NCBI GenBank assembly: GCA_041497895.1
Contig: JBGQHJ010000059.1
Span: 1 to 26,673 of the forward strand
From: Candidatus Methylomirabilia bacterium
GTDB taxonomy: Bacteria > Methylomirabilota > Methylomirabilia > Rokubacteriales > CSP1-6
Length of the DNA: 26,673 bases
Direction of reading: 5' to 3'
In this document: positions 7,653 to 15,401 of the stretch, one piece after another
How the letters are laid out: the number at the start of each line of letters is the position of its first letter
Position numbering within the stretch: the stretch's first letter is position 1
Notes under the pieces: model-generated
Seen by the model: the letters and a program-made list of their open reading frames with translations, nothing else
What the model was told of the DNA's origin: nothing
Databases searched by the model: none
Translations under genes and position numbers: made by a program

Positions 7653-8980
7653 GCCCGCTTGTGCTTGGCGAAGATCCGCGAATACTCGCCGACGCCCCAC
7701 TTGATGGTGTCGTCGATGTTCTGCCCGCGGGCCACCCGGGTGAACATGTCGGGGAGGACGAAGAGGTTGGCCACCTCCTGGATCTGGGTCGTGTAAGGAC
7801 CGGGGTAGCCGAAGAACCCCACGATCTTCGGAAAGTCCTGGAGAATCTGCATCTTCGGGTCGGCCCCGATGACCGGCATCGGCTTCTTGGCGGTGTCGTT
7901 CAGGAAGGGCATGTTGTAGCCGGTGCTCTGGATCATGCCCTCCTTGTCGTTGTCCATGAGGTGGACGAGGAACTCCTTGGCCGCCGCCTGGTTCTTCGAG
8001 AACTTCCACACCATGAAGGCGTTCGGGGCCGAGACGCTGACGCGCTTGCCCCCCGGCCCGGCGGGCTCGAGGCCGATGTGAGCGCCCTGGAACACGGGCG
8101 GGTTGGTGCTTTCGGTCGTCCGGTACGCCGAGATCGCGTCGTGAACCCAGCACGCGATGCCGGAGGCCAGGTAACGATTGTCGGAAGCGTCGTCCCAGGA
8201 GAAGACCTCGGGGGTCATGCCCTCGTCGAAGAGGGCCTTCGCGAACCGCAGCGACTCGCGCATCTCCTTGGAGTCGATCGTCGGATGCTCACCCGACGGG
8301 TCCGTCTCCGACCCGCCGAAGCTGAACAGCACCGAGCGCCAGTTGAGGTTGGCGTCGTTGCAGTGGGAGAACTGGATGCCGGTCGGGTGCCCCTTGGCCT
8401 TGAGCGTCCTCGCGGCGACCCGGGCGGCCTCCCAGGTGTCGGGGGGCTTGAGCCCGGCCTGGTCGAAGAGGTCCTTGCGCCAGATCATGGGCAAGAGGAT
8501 GTAGTAGATGGGGATCCCGTAGATCCGGCCCTCGACGTCGACGGGCGACCGGGCGGCCGGGATCCAGCCGCCGTACTTCTTGCCGATCTGGTCGTAGATG
8601 TCGGTCAGGTCCGCCAGCGTCTTGTAGTAGATCCGGGTCAGGATGGTCGAGCCGTTGAACAGGATGTCGTGGCCCGCCCCCGCCGCGAACTCCGCCGCCA
8701 TCCGCGCCGGGATCTCCAGATGGGGGATGTGGTCCACCCGCACCTTCACCCCGTTCTTCTCACCCCACTCCCCCGCGAACTTGTCGAACCAGGTGTCGTA
8801 GGCGGGGATGAAGTGGCTCCACGTGAGGATGCGCAGGCTGCTGCCCTTGATCTGCGCCGGCGCCTGACGGGCGGCTAACATGTCGGCCAGGGACGCCCCG
8901 GCCAGTCCCACGCTGGCGGTCCGGACGAACTGGCGGCGGGTGACTTGAGACCGAGCGTGGCCGTTGGTCGGTGTCGTCAT
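7649..8980 (-). CDS. Extracellular solute-binding protein of a carbohydrate ABC transporter, Tat-exported
   Basis: AGGAGG RBS before ATG 8980; twin-arginine signal 'TRRQFV'; 'IYGIP', 'WRKDLF...PPDTWE', 'SWDDASDN'. Confidence 0.92.
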   Translation of the reverse strand: MTTPTNGHARSQVTRRQFVRTASVGLAGASLADMLAARQAPAQIKGSSLRILTWSHFIPAYDTWFDKFAGEWGEKNGVKVRVDHIPHLEIPARMAAEFAAGAGHDILFNGSTILTRIYYKTLADLTDIYDQIGKKYGGWIPAARSPVDVEGRIYGIPIYYILLPMIWRKDLFDQAGLKPPDTWEAARVAARTLKAKGHPTGIQFSHCNDANLNWRSVLFSFGGSETDPSGEHPTIDSKEMRESLRFAKALFDEGMTPEVFSWDDASDNRYLASGIACWVHDAISAYRTTESTNPPVFQGAHIGLEPAGPGGKRVSVSAPNAFMVWKFSKNQAAAKEFLVHLMDNDKEGMIQSTGYNMPFLNDTAKKPMPVIGADPKMQILQDFPKIVGFFGYPGPYTTQIQEVANLFVLPDMFTRVARGQNIDDTIKWGVGEYSRIFAKHKRA

Positions 8981-9179
8981 ACGCTCCACCTCCTGGTTGT
9001 GGGGCCGACTTGGGTGAACGACGAGTGATGTCGGCTATCGATCCGCGGTTCGAGGAATCCCCCTCCGGGCGGCGCGCCCGCCCCCTCCTGCACACCCCAA
9101 GATCGAAAGCGTTCGGTTCCTGACGGGCCTACGCACGCCCCTGTCCGGGCCCCTTGCGGGCCGTGGGATTAGCAGCCCG

Positions 9180-9210
9180 AATACCACTTTCGCCAGGGCC
9201 TTGTCAAGGC
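9180..9210 (-). promoter_or_regulatory. Putative promoter of the binding-protein operon, with a palindrome over the -35 box
   Basis: Minus strand reads TTGACA-aggccctggcgaaagTGg-TATTC; the perfect inverted repeat GCCTTG-T-CAAGGC (9198-9210) spans the -35 box. Confidence 0.45.
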
Positions 9211-9244
9211 TCGTCCTCGGGGGCCACTGGGCAACCGCGGCGGC

Positions 9245-10300
9245 TCAGATCAGGGCTGCGATCGCACGCCCCACCTCGGCGGTGGCGGCGGTGCCGCCGA
9301 GATCGCGGGTGAGGCCCTTGCCCGCCTCCACGAAGCGCTCGATCGTGTCCACCACCGCGCGGGCCGCCTCCGGGTGGCCCAGGTGCTCGAGCATCATGGC
9401 CCCGGTCCAGATCTGGGCGATCGGGTTGGCGATCCCCTTGCCCGCGATGTCGGGCGCCGACCCGTGCACCGGCTCGAACATGGACGGGAACTCCTTCTCG
9501 GGGTTGATATTGCCGCCGGGCGCGATGCCGATCGAGCCCGCGATGGCCGGACCCAGGTCCGAGAGGATGTCGCCGAAGAGGTTCGAGGCCACCACCACGT
9601 CGAACCAGTCGGGGTGCTGCACGAAGTGGGCGGTCAGGATGTCGATGTGGTACTGGCTGGTCTTGACGTCCGGATACTGCTTGGCCATGGCCGCGAAGCG
9701 CTCGTCCCAGTACGGCATGCTGTGGATGATCCCGTTGGACTTGGTGGCGGAGGTCACGTGGCGCCGCGGCCGCTTCCGGGCCAGCTCGAAGGCGTAGCGG
9801 ATCACCCGGTCGCAGCCGCGTCGCGTGAACACCGCCTGCTGGACGGCCAGCTCGTGGGGCGTGTCCCGGTACAGCCGCCCGCCGATCTCCGAGTACTCGC
9901 CCTCGTTGTTCTCGCGCACGATCAGCATGTCGATGTCGGCGGGCCCGCGCCCGGCCAGGGGTGAGCGCACCCCGCGCAGCAGGCGCACCGGGCGGAGGTT
10001 CACGTACTGCTGGAACTCGCGACGGATCGGGATGAGCAGCCCCCAGAGCGAGACGTGATCGGGCACCCCGGGGAAACCCACCGCGCCCAGGTAGATGGCC
10101 TCGAAGCGGCGCAGCTGCTCGAGCCCGTCCTCGGGCATCATGCGGCCGGTGCGCGCGTAGACCTCGCAGCTCCAGTCGAAGTGGGTCCACTCGAACTCGA
10201 CGCCGAAGCGGCGACCGGCCGCCTCGAGCACCCGGATCCCTTCGGGCAGGACCTCCTTGCCGATGCCGTCGCCGGGAATGACCGCGATGCGATGCTTCAT
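9245..10300 (-). CDS. Tartrate dehydrogenase / decarboxylating D-malate dehydrogenase (TtuC/DmlA family)
   Basis: 'IAVIPGDGIGKEV', 'PDHVSLWGLLIPIRREFQQYVNLRP', 'VRENNEGEYS', 'TSATKSNG', 'NLFGDILSDL', 'FEPVHGSAPDIAGKGIANP'; GAGGAGG RBS before ATG 10300. Confidence 0.93.
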   Translation of the reverse strand: MKHRIAVIPGDGIGKEVLPEGIRVLEAAGRRFGVEFEWTHFDWSCEVYARTGRMMPEDGLEQLRRFEAIYLGAVGFPGVPDHVSLWGLLIPIRREFQQYVNLRPVRLLRGVRSPLAGRGPADIDMLIVRENNEGEYSEIGGRLYRDTPHELAVQQAVFTRRGCDRVIRYAFELARKRPRRHVTSATKSNGIIHSMPYWDERFAAMAKQYPDVKTSQYHIDILTAHFVQHPDWFDVVVASNLFGDILSDLGPAIAGSIGIAPGGNINPEKEFPSMFEPVHGSAPDIAGKGIANPIAQIWTGAMMLEHLGHPEAARAVVDTIERFVEAGKGLTRDLGGTAATAEVGRAIAALI

Positions 10301-10310
10301 GGGAGCCTCC

Positions 10311-11828
10311 TCAACGCTCGGAGATGATGACCTGGGGGCCGCCCGGGGCGGGAGCGCGCAGCACGCTCGACGCGAACCCGGCACGGCGGAACATGGAGTC
10401 GAGCTCGGCGAAGGTGTAGGCGTCTCCGGCCGGCGTCGTACACAGCATCACGAGGGCAAACATGGCGGCGGGCGGTGGGGACAGGCGCCCCTCGTCGGGC
10501 ACGAACTCCACCGTCACCGCCCGCCCGTCGGACGCCAGCGCCGCCCGCGCCCGCGCGAGGAACCGCTCGCAGCTCGGCGGGTCGAAGTGGTGGAGGAAGT
10601 TGGGAATCAGGATCAAGTCGTAGGGCCCGCCCAGATCCGCGTCGAACGCGCTGCCCGGGATCGTGCGGTAGCGACCCTCGACCGAGGTGGCCCGCGCGCT
10701 GTCGCGCGCCACCTCGAGCACGTCCGGCCAGTCGAGCCCGGTGACCTCCGCGCGCGGATACCGCATCGCGAAGGCAATCCCGAACATGCCGTGGCCGGCC
10801 GCCACGTCGAGGATCCGGAGCGGGCGCGCCCCGTCCACCTCGACCGTCTCCACCACCGCGCGGGCCGCTCCCCGCATCAGCGGGGCCATGGCACGGGCGA
10901 ACCGCACCCACACCGGATGCTCCGGCGTCACGGTGCCCGCGTCGGGTAGCACGGTGCCGCCCCGCCGGACCGCGAGGGCCACGTCGGCGAACGCGGCCCG
11001 GATCTCGGGGGCGTAGATGAAGTCGGCCGCGGAGGCCACGCAGGACGGGGAGCGGCGATCGAGGAAGGCCGCCGAGTCCGCGGTCAGCCCGTAGCGGTCG
11101 CCGGCCTTCGCGAGCAGCCCGGCCACGGTGAGGTAGTCGCAGAGCACGCGGGTGCCGCGCACCGAGGCGCGGCATCGCTCGGCCACCGTGGCCGCGGTCT
11201 CGCGTCCGGCCCCGATCGCGGTGAACAGGTCCAGGTCGAGGGCCCCGCGGAGCGCGGCACTGCGCTGGTACGCGGTGAGCGTGCCCAGGAACAGATCGGG
11301 AGAGGGCGGAGCCTTGCCGGCCGGGAGGCCGTCGGCCAGAGGGACGATCTCGCCGGGCCGCAGGTGCAGCTGCAGCGTGCCGCGCCCGGATCCCACCGGG
11401 CCCGGGCAGTCGATCACCGCGACCCCGCTCTTGCGCATCTCGACCCGGGCCGACCCGTCGCGACTGATCAGCAGTCCGGCCAGGCGCGAGAGCGTGGGCT
11501 CGTGCCCCACGCAGAGGAGACTCTCCGACTCGATCGTGGCGAGCCCGGCCAGGGTGCGGGCCGGCTCGGCCCGGTCCCCGAGCAGCTCGCTCGGCTCCGG
11601 CGCCGGCACGCCCCCGTACGCGCGGGACGTGATGTCGGCGGTCTCACGCGCGCGCGTGAGGGGGCTGGTGAGGATGCGGTCGAAGGCCACGCCCATGCGA
11701 CGGAGCGCGGCGGCCACCCGGATGTGCTCACGTCGCCCCGCGTCGCTCAGCGGCCGCTCGCGGTCGCCCGGCCAGCGGGCCGGATCCGCGTCGCCGGCCT
11801 CGGCGTGGCGCATGAGGACGAGGCGCAT
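10311..11828 (-). CDS. Fusion of SixA-type histidine phosphatase (N-term) and SAM-dependent O-methyltransferase with dimerisation domain (C-term)
   Basis: N-term 'LMRHAEA', 'DRERPLS..G', 'TSPLTRARETA', 'VGHEP'; C-term 'AYQRSAALRGALDLDLFT', SAM motif 'LDVAAGHG', 'GLDW', 'YDLILIPNFLHHF'; single uninterrupted frame. Confidence 0.87.
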   Translation of the reverse strand: MRLVLMRHAEAGDADPARWPGDRERPLSDAGRREHIRVAAALRRMGVAFDRILTSPLTRARETADITSRAYGGVPAPEPSELLGDRAEPARTLAGLATIESESLLCVGHEPTLSRLAGLLISRDGSARVEMRKSGVAVIDCPGPVGSGRGTLQLHLRPGEIVPLADGLPAGKAPPSPDLFLGTLTAYQRSAALRGALDLDLFTAIGAGRETAATVAERCRASVRGTRVLCDYLTVAGLLAKAGDRYGLTADSAAFLDRRSPSCVASAADFIYAPEIRAAFADVALAVRRGGTVLPDAGTVTPEHPVWVRFARAMAPLMRGAARAVVETVEVDGARPLRILDVAAGHGMFGIAFAMRYPRAEVTGLDWPDVLEVARDSARATSVEGRYRTIPGSAFDADLGGPYDLILIPNFLHHFDPPSCERFLARARAALASDGRAVTVEFVPDEGRLSPPPAAMFALVMLCTTPAGDAYTFAELDSMFRRAGFASSVLRAPAPGGPQVIISER

Positions 11829-11835
11829 GGCGACT

Positions 11836-11879
11836 ACTATCGCACGACTTCGGGCGGGTGCGGCCGCGCGTGGTATGCT
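11836..11879. promoter_or_regulatory. Back-to-back extended -10 promoters, probably giving leaderless transcripts
   Basis: + strand TG-G-TATGCT (11871-11879) lies 8 nt before GTG 11888; - strand TG-C-GATAGT (11844-11836) lies 7 nt before ATG 11828; neither gene has an SD. Confidence 0.5.
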
Positions 11880-11887
11880 CGACGCCC

Positions 11888-12265
11888 GTGAAGGCGAAGT
11901 GGATGGTCGTGGTGTTCGGCCCCGCCCTGCTCATGCTGATCGGGAGCATCCTCGCGATGCTCTTCCTGCCGCACCCGGTCCCCAAGAAGGCCACCGGCGG
12001 CCAGCGCCTGTATCTGACCTACTGCGCCTCCTGCCACGGGGCGAATGGGCACGGCTCCTGGCGCGCCTGGCTGTTCCTGCTGCAGCCGAGCGACCTGGGC
12101 GACGCGCGGATCGTCGACGCGCGTCCGGACGAGTACCTGTTCACGCTGATCAAGAACGGGGGGGCGACCATCGGCAAGCCCGGCATGCCCGCCTTCGGTT
12201 ACCACCTGAAGGACGAGGAGATCCGGGAAGTGGTGCGGTACCTGCGCACGCTGCCGCGGCGCTAG
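11888..12265 (+). CDS. Membrane-anchored monohaem cytochrome c
   Basis: N-terminal TM helix, haem motif CASCH, distal Met in 'GMPAF', 'LKDEEIREVVRYLRTL'; start GTG 11888 inferred. Confidence 0.88.
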   Translation: MKAKWMVVVFGPALLMLIGSILAMLFLPHPVPKKATGGQRLYLTYCASCHGANGHGSWRAWLFLLQPSDLGDARIVDARPDEYLFTLIKNGGATIGKPGMPAFGYHLKDEEIREVVRYLRTLPRR

Positions 12266-14343
12266 GCGCGCGGGCGGATGTCGGCCAGGGTCTCGCGCAG
12301 GACGGCCTTGTCGAAGGGCTTGGTGATCACGAAGTTCACCCGGCTGCGCTCCTCGCGGGTGATCTCGGTCTCGCCCCAGCCGGTGATGAGGCCCACCGGG
12401 AGCTTCGGCCAGCGGGACTGGATGGACTTGGCCACGTCCCAGCCGTTCATGTCGGGCATGCCGAGGTCGCTCACCACCACGTCGACCAGCTCCGGGTTGG
12501 CCTCGAGATAGGAGAGGCCCTCGCGGCCGCCGGGCGCCTGGGTCACCGAGTGCCCCTGCTCCTCGAGCATCTCGGCCAGCGTGGCGCGCACCTGCAGCTC
12601 GTCGTCGATGACCAGGATGCGCAGCGGCACGGTCGGCGCGCTCCGGGGGCCGGTGGGCGTCCGGGCGACCGAGGCCGCCGCGGAGGCGGTGGGCAGGCTG
12701 ACCTCCACCGTCGTGCCCTGCCCCTCCACGCTCTCGACGGTCAGGGTGCCGCCGTAGCGCTGCACGGTCCCGTAGGCCACGCTGAGCCCGAGGCCGGTGG
12801 CCTTGGGACCCTTGGTGGTGAAGAACGGCTCGAGCGCCCGGCGCCGCACCTCCTCGGGCATGCCGCCGCCGGTGTCGGCGACGCTGCAGTACACGCGGTC
12901 GTCGCGCGTCCACGTCTTGAGCGTGATCTTGCCCGCCTGGGTGATCGAGTCCGCCGCGTTGAGCAGCAGGTTCATCAGCACCTCGCGCAGCGGGGCGGGC
13001 TCGCCCGCCGCCGCCCCGATGACGCCCGCCTCGACCGCCACCTCGATCCGGCTGCCCCGCAGCTGCGCCTCGTCCTGCCAGCGCGGGCGCGTGAGCTCGA
13101 CGACCTCCTGCACGAGCTGGTTGAGGTCCACCGCCACCGCGTCCGAGACCGGCTGCACCCGGCTGAAGCGCTGCACCCGCCGCACCACCTCCGCGCCGTC
13201 CTGGGCGGTGCGCTGGATGATCTCGAGCGAGCGCCGCACGCTCGCCTCCTGCACCTTGCCCATCAGCAGCTCGACACGGCCGAGGATGACCGCGAAGAGG
13301 TTGTTGAGGTGGTGGGCCATGCCGGAGGAGAGCTGACCCATCGCGCGCAGCGTCTCGCCGCGCACGAGCTGGGCCTGGGTCGACTTGAGGTCGTCGACCA
13401 CGCCCTGTAGCTGCGACGCGGACGACTGGGCTTCCTCGAGGAGGCGCGAGTTGTCGACCGCGTAGCCGATGTAGGTCATCAGGGCGTTGAGGAACTGCAG
13501 GTCGGTCGAGCCGAAGGGCGGCAGGCGCAGGGCGTCGGAGGTGCCCCCGTCGCGCTTCTTGGCCATGTTGATCACGCCGATCACCCGGTCGCCCACCCGG
13601 ATCGGCATGCAGATGAACGAGCCGTTGCCGTATTGAGGATTGTTGGTGCGATTGAAGCGGGGATCGGTGGCGATGTCGTCCACCAGGACCGGCTCGCCCA
13701 TCTCCACCACCTTGCCGGCCACGCCCTCGCCCACCTTCACCTCGACCGCCGGGATCACGTCGTCGGGGATGCCGCGGGAGGCCGCGAGCTTCAGCACCGT
13801 CCGGTCCCGGTCGAGGATCATGATCGAGCCGACGGTGGCGCGGACCGCGCGCATCGTCGACTGGAGCACGAGGCCGAGCAGATCCTGGATGCGCGGGATC
13901 CGCGCGGCCAACTCGACCATCTCGTTGAGAGTGCCGAGCTTGAAGACGAGGTCCTCGAGGCGCTGGGTCGAGCCCCGGAGGTCGTCGAGCATGTGGTAGA
14001 AGGCGTCGCGCACCTGCCCGATCTCGGTGACCTCGCCGAGCCCGGGAACCGCGGAGGCCCGCTCCACCCGTCGGAGGGTCTCGGGCTTGGCCTCGGTGGG
14101 CGCGATGAAGCCCTGGGCGAGCGCGGAGATCTGATCCATCATCCGCCGGAAGACCACGAAGCCCAGGACTGAGACCCCGATCGCGGCAAGGAGGCCGACC
14201 TGCGCCTCGGTGGTGCGCATCAGCTCGTGGCGCGAGAGCAGGTAGACCAGGAGGAGGATCGGGAGCAGCGCGACCAGCGCGAAGACCACCGAAGCCGCTT
14301 CGCGGAGGCTCATGGTCCGGGACCGGGACTGGGTCTTCCGCAT
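12262..14343 (-). CDS. Hybrid sensor histidine kinase (2 TM - GAF - HisKA - HATPase - receiver)
   Basis: GAF 'GEGVAGKV...PVLVDD...DPRF...CMPI...VIGVIN'; H-box 'AHHLNN'; 'NLLLNAAD', 'DTGGGM', 'PFFTTK', 'TGLGLS'; REC 'VIDDE', 'SDLGMP', 'KPF'. Confidence 0.95.
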   Translation of the reverse strand: MRKTQSRSRTMSLREAASVVFALVALLPILLLVYLLSRHELMRTTEAQVGLLAAIGVSVLGFVVFRRMMDQISALAQGFIAPTEAKPETLRRVERASAVPGLGEVTEIGQVRDAFYHMLDDLRGSTQRLEDLVFKLGTLNEMVELAARIPRIQDLLGLVLQSTMRAVRATVGSIMILDRDRTVLKLAASRGIPDDVIPAVEVKVGEGVAGKVVEMGEPVLVDDIATDPRFNRTNNPQYGNGSFICMPIRVGDRVIGVINMAKKRDGGTSDALRLPPFGSTDLQFLNALMTYIGYAVDNSRLLEEAQSSASQLQGVVDDLKSTQAQLVRGETLRAMGQLSSGMAHHLNNLFAVILGRVELLMGKVQEASVRRSLEIIQRTAQDGAEVVRRVQRFSRVQPVSDAVAVDLNQLVQEVVELTRPRWQDEAQLRGSRIEVAVEAGVIGAAAGEPAPLREVLMNLLLNAADSITQAGKITLKTWTRDDRVYCSVADTGGGMPEEVRRRALEPFFTTKGPKATGLGLSVAYGTVQRYGGTLTVESVEGQGTTVEVSLPTASAAASVARTPTGPRSAPTVPLRILVIDDELQVRATLAEMLEEQGHSVTQAPGGREGLSYLEANPELVDVVVSDLGMPDMNGWDVAKSIQSRWPKLPVGLITGWGETEITREERSRVNFVITKPFDKAVLRETLADIRPRA

Positions 14344-14373
14344 GGTGTCCTTACCTTAGCAAGGGTGGCGGAT

Positions 14374-14706
14374 TTACCGAATCTTTAGGATCTCGACTGC
14401 CACCAGTCGGTCCTTCTCCTGCCGCACCGTGAGCCTCACCCGATCGCCGCGCACCACCGCCGCCGCGGCGAGCAGTGCCGGCGATTCGGCGAAGATGGCC
14501 ATCGACTGCATCTCGTCCATGAAACCCGGCACCACGTCGTGTTTCACCAGCATGAGGGTGTCGCCGCTGCGCGCCTCGAAGACCCCGGTGACGCGATAGA
14601 GCCCTCGCGCCGGGAACACCGCCCGGTAGCTCCCCCAGATGCCGGCCGCGAACCCGGCGAGCAGGAGGAGGAAGAGCGCGGGAACCGCGAAGCGCCGGAG
14701 CGCTAT
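14374..14706 (-). CDS. Membrane-anchored CusF-like copper-binding (OB-fold) protein; start uncertain
   Basis: 'LVKHDVVPGFMDEMQSM' resembles the CusF H...M.M site, plus 'GDRVRLTV'. The frame is open upstream of GTG 14619 through a TM helix to an ATA at 14706. Confidence 0.62.
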   Translation of the reverse strand: MALRRFAVPALFLLLLAGFAAGIWGSYRAVFPARGLYRVTGVFEARSGDTLMLVKHDVVPGFMDEMQSMAIFAESPALLAAAAVVRGDRVRLTVRQEKDRLVAVEILKIR

Positions 14707-14764
14707 CGCGGAAGCCCGCCGGGACTGGACACGACCGTCGAGAAGGCGGACGCGACGACCGCCG

Positions 14765-15127
14765 CTATTCGATATCGTCCTTGGGAGGGATCTTGCCCGC
14801 CACGTGCTCGGGCGTCAGCACCCAGGTGCCGCCGCAGCCTTCCTTGAAGGTGGCCACCGCGGCGCGGTACGCGGTGCCGAGGGTGACGGCCATGACCGCG
14901 ACGCTGGCGACGGTGCCGAGGCCGCAGACGATCGCCTTGCCGGGCACGTAGCCGACGTTCAGGAACCCCGCGCCGACCCGATCCGCGTCGGAGACGTCCG
15001 CGTCGACGGGGGTGGCCCCGGACGAGAGCTCGGCGGCCTGGACCACGGCCGCGCGCGACATCAGCGGGCCCGTCAGCGCCATCACCGCGACGAGCAGGCC
15101 GCACAGCCACTTCGTGGCAACCCGCAT
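14765..15127 (-). CDS. Secreted or membrane hypothetical protein with a Cys pair
   Basis: GAGGAGA RBS before ATG 15127; signal peptide; hydrophobic core flanked by 'AIVC' and 'EGCGG'. Confidence 0.75.
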   Translation of the reverse strand: MRVATKWLCGLLVAVMALTGPLMSRAAVVQAAELSSGATPVDADVSDADRVGAGFLNVGYVPGKAIVCGLGTVASVAVMAVTLGTAYRAAVATFKEGCGGTWVLTPEHVAGKIPPKDDIE

Positions 15128-15311
15128 GGTGTGTCTCCTCTCCCCGATGGAATGCAGTACGCCTCTAAGGTACACGAATTGATTATCTGGACCTAGATGA
15201 GCGGGATGCGCCACCGGCAGGTCGCCCGACCCTCGCCGGCCCGGAGGGCAACGCGTCGCGTCATCAACAAATCCGAGTCGAATCGAAGCGTTGGGGCCGG
15301 GGGGACGCCTC

Positions 15312-15340
15312 TCGACATCGCCGGGCGAGGGTCGTAGACT
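15312..15340 (+). promoter_or_regulatory. Putative sigma70 promoter of the FAH operon
   Basis: TCGACA (15312-15317), 17 bp, TAGACT (15335-15340). Confidence 0.55.
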
Positions 15341-15401
15341 CTCAGCGGGCTAGCCACAGGGGCCTAGCCAAGACCGGCCCTCACCGCAAGGAGACACGTC
15401 C

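Noticed and set aside
7653..8153. Extension of the 6666..8153 permease ORF
   Set aside because: It overlaps the binding-protein gene; ATGA coupling supports a start at 7652.
11152..13410. 752-aa + strand ORF
   Set aside because: Antisense to the SixA fusion and the kinase and out of frame with cytochrome c; low-complexity R/A/G/P sequence.
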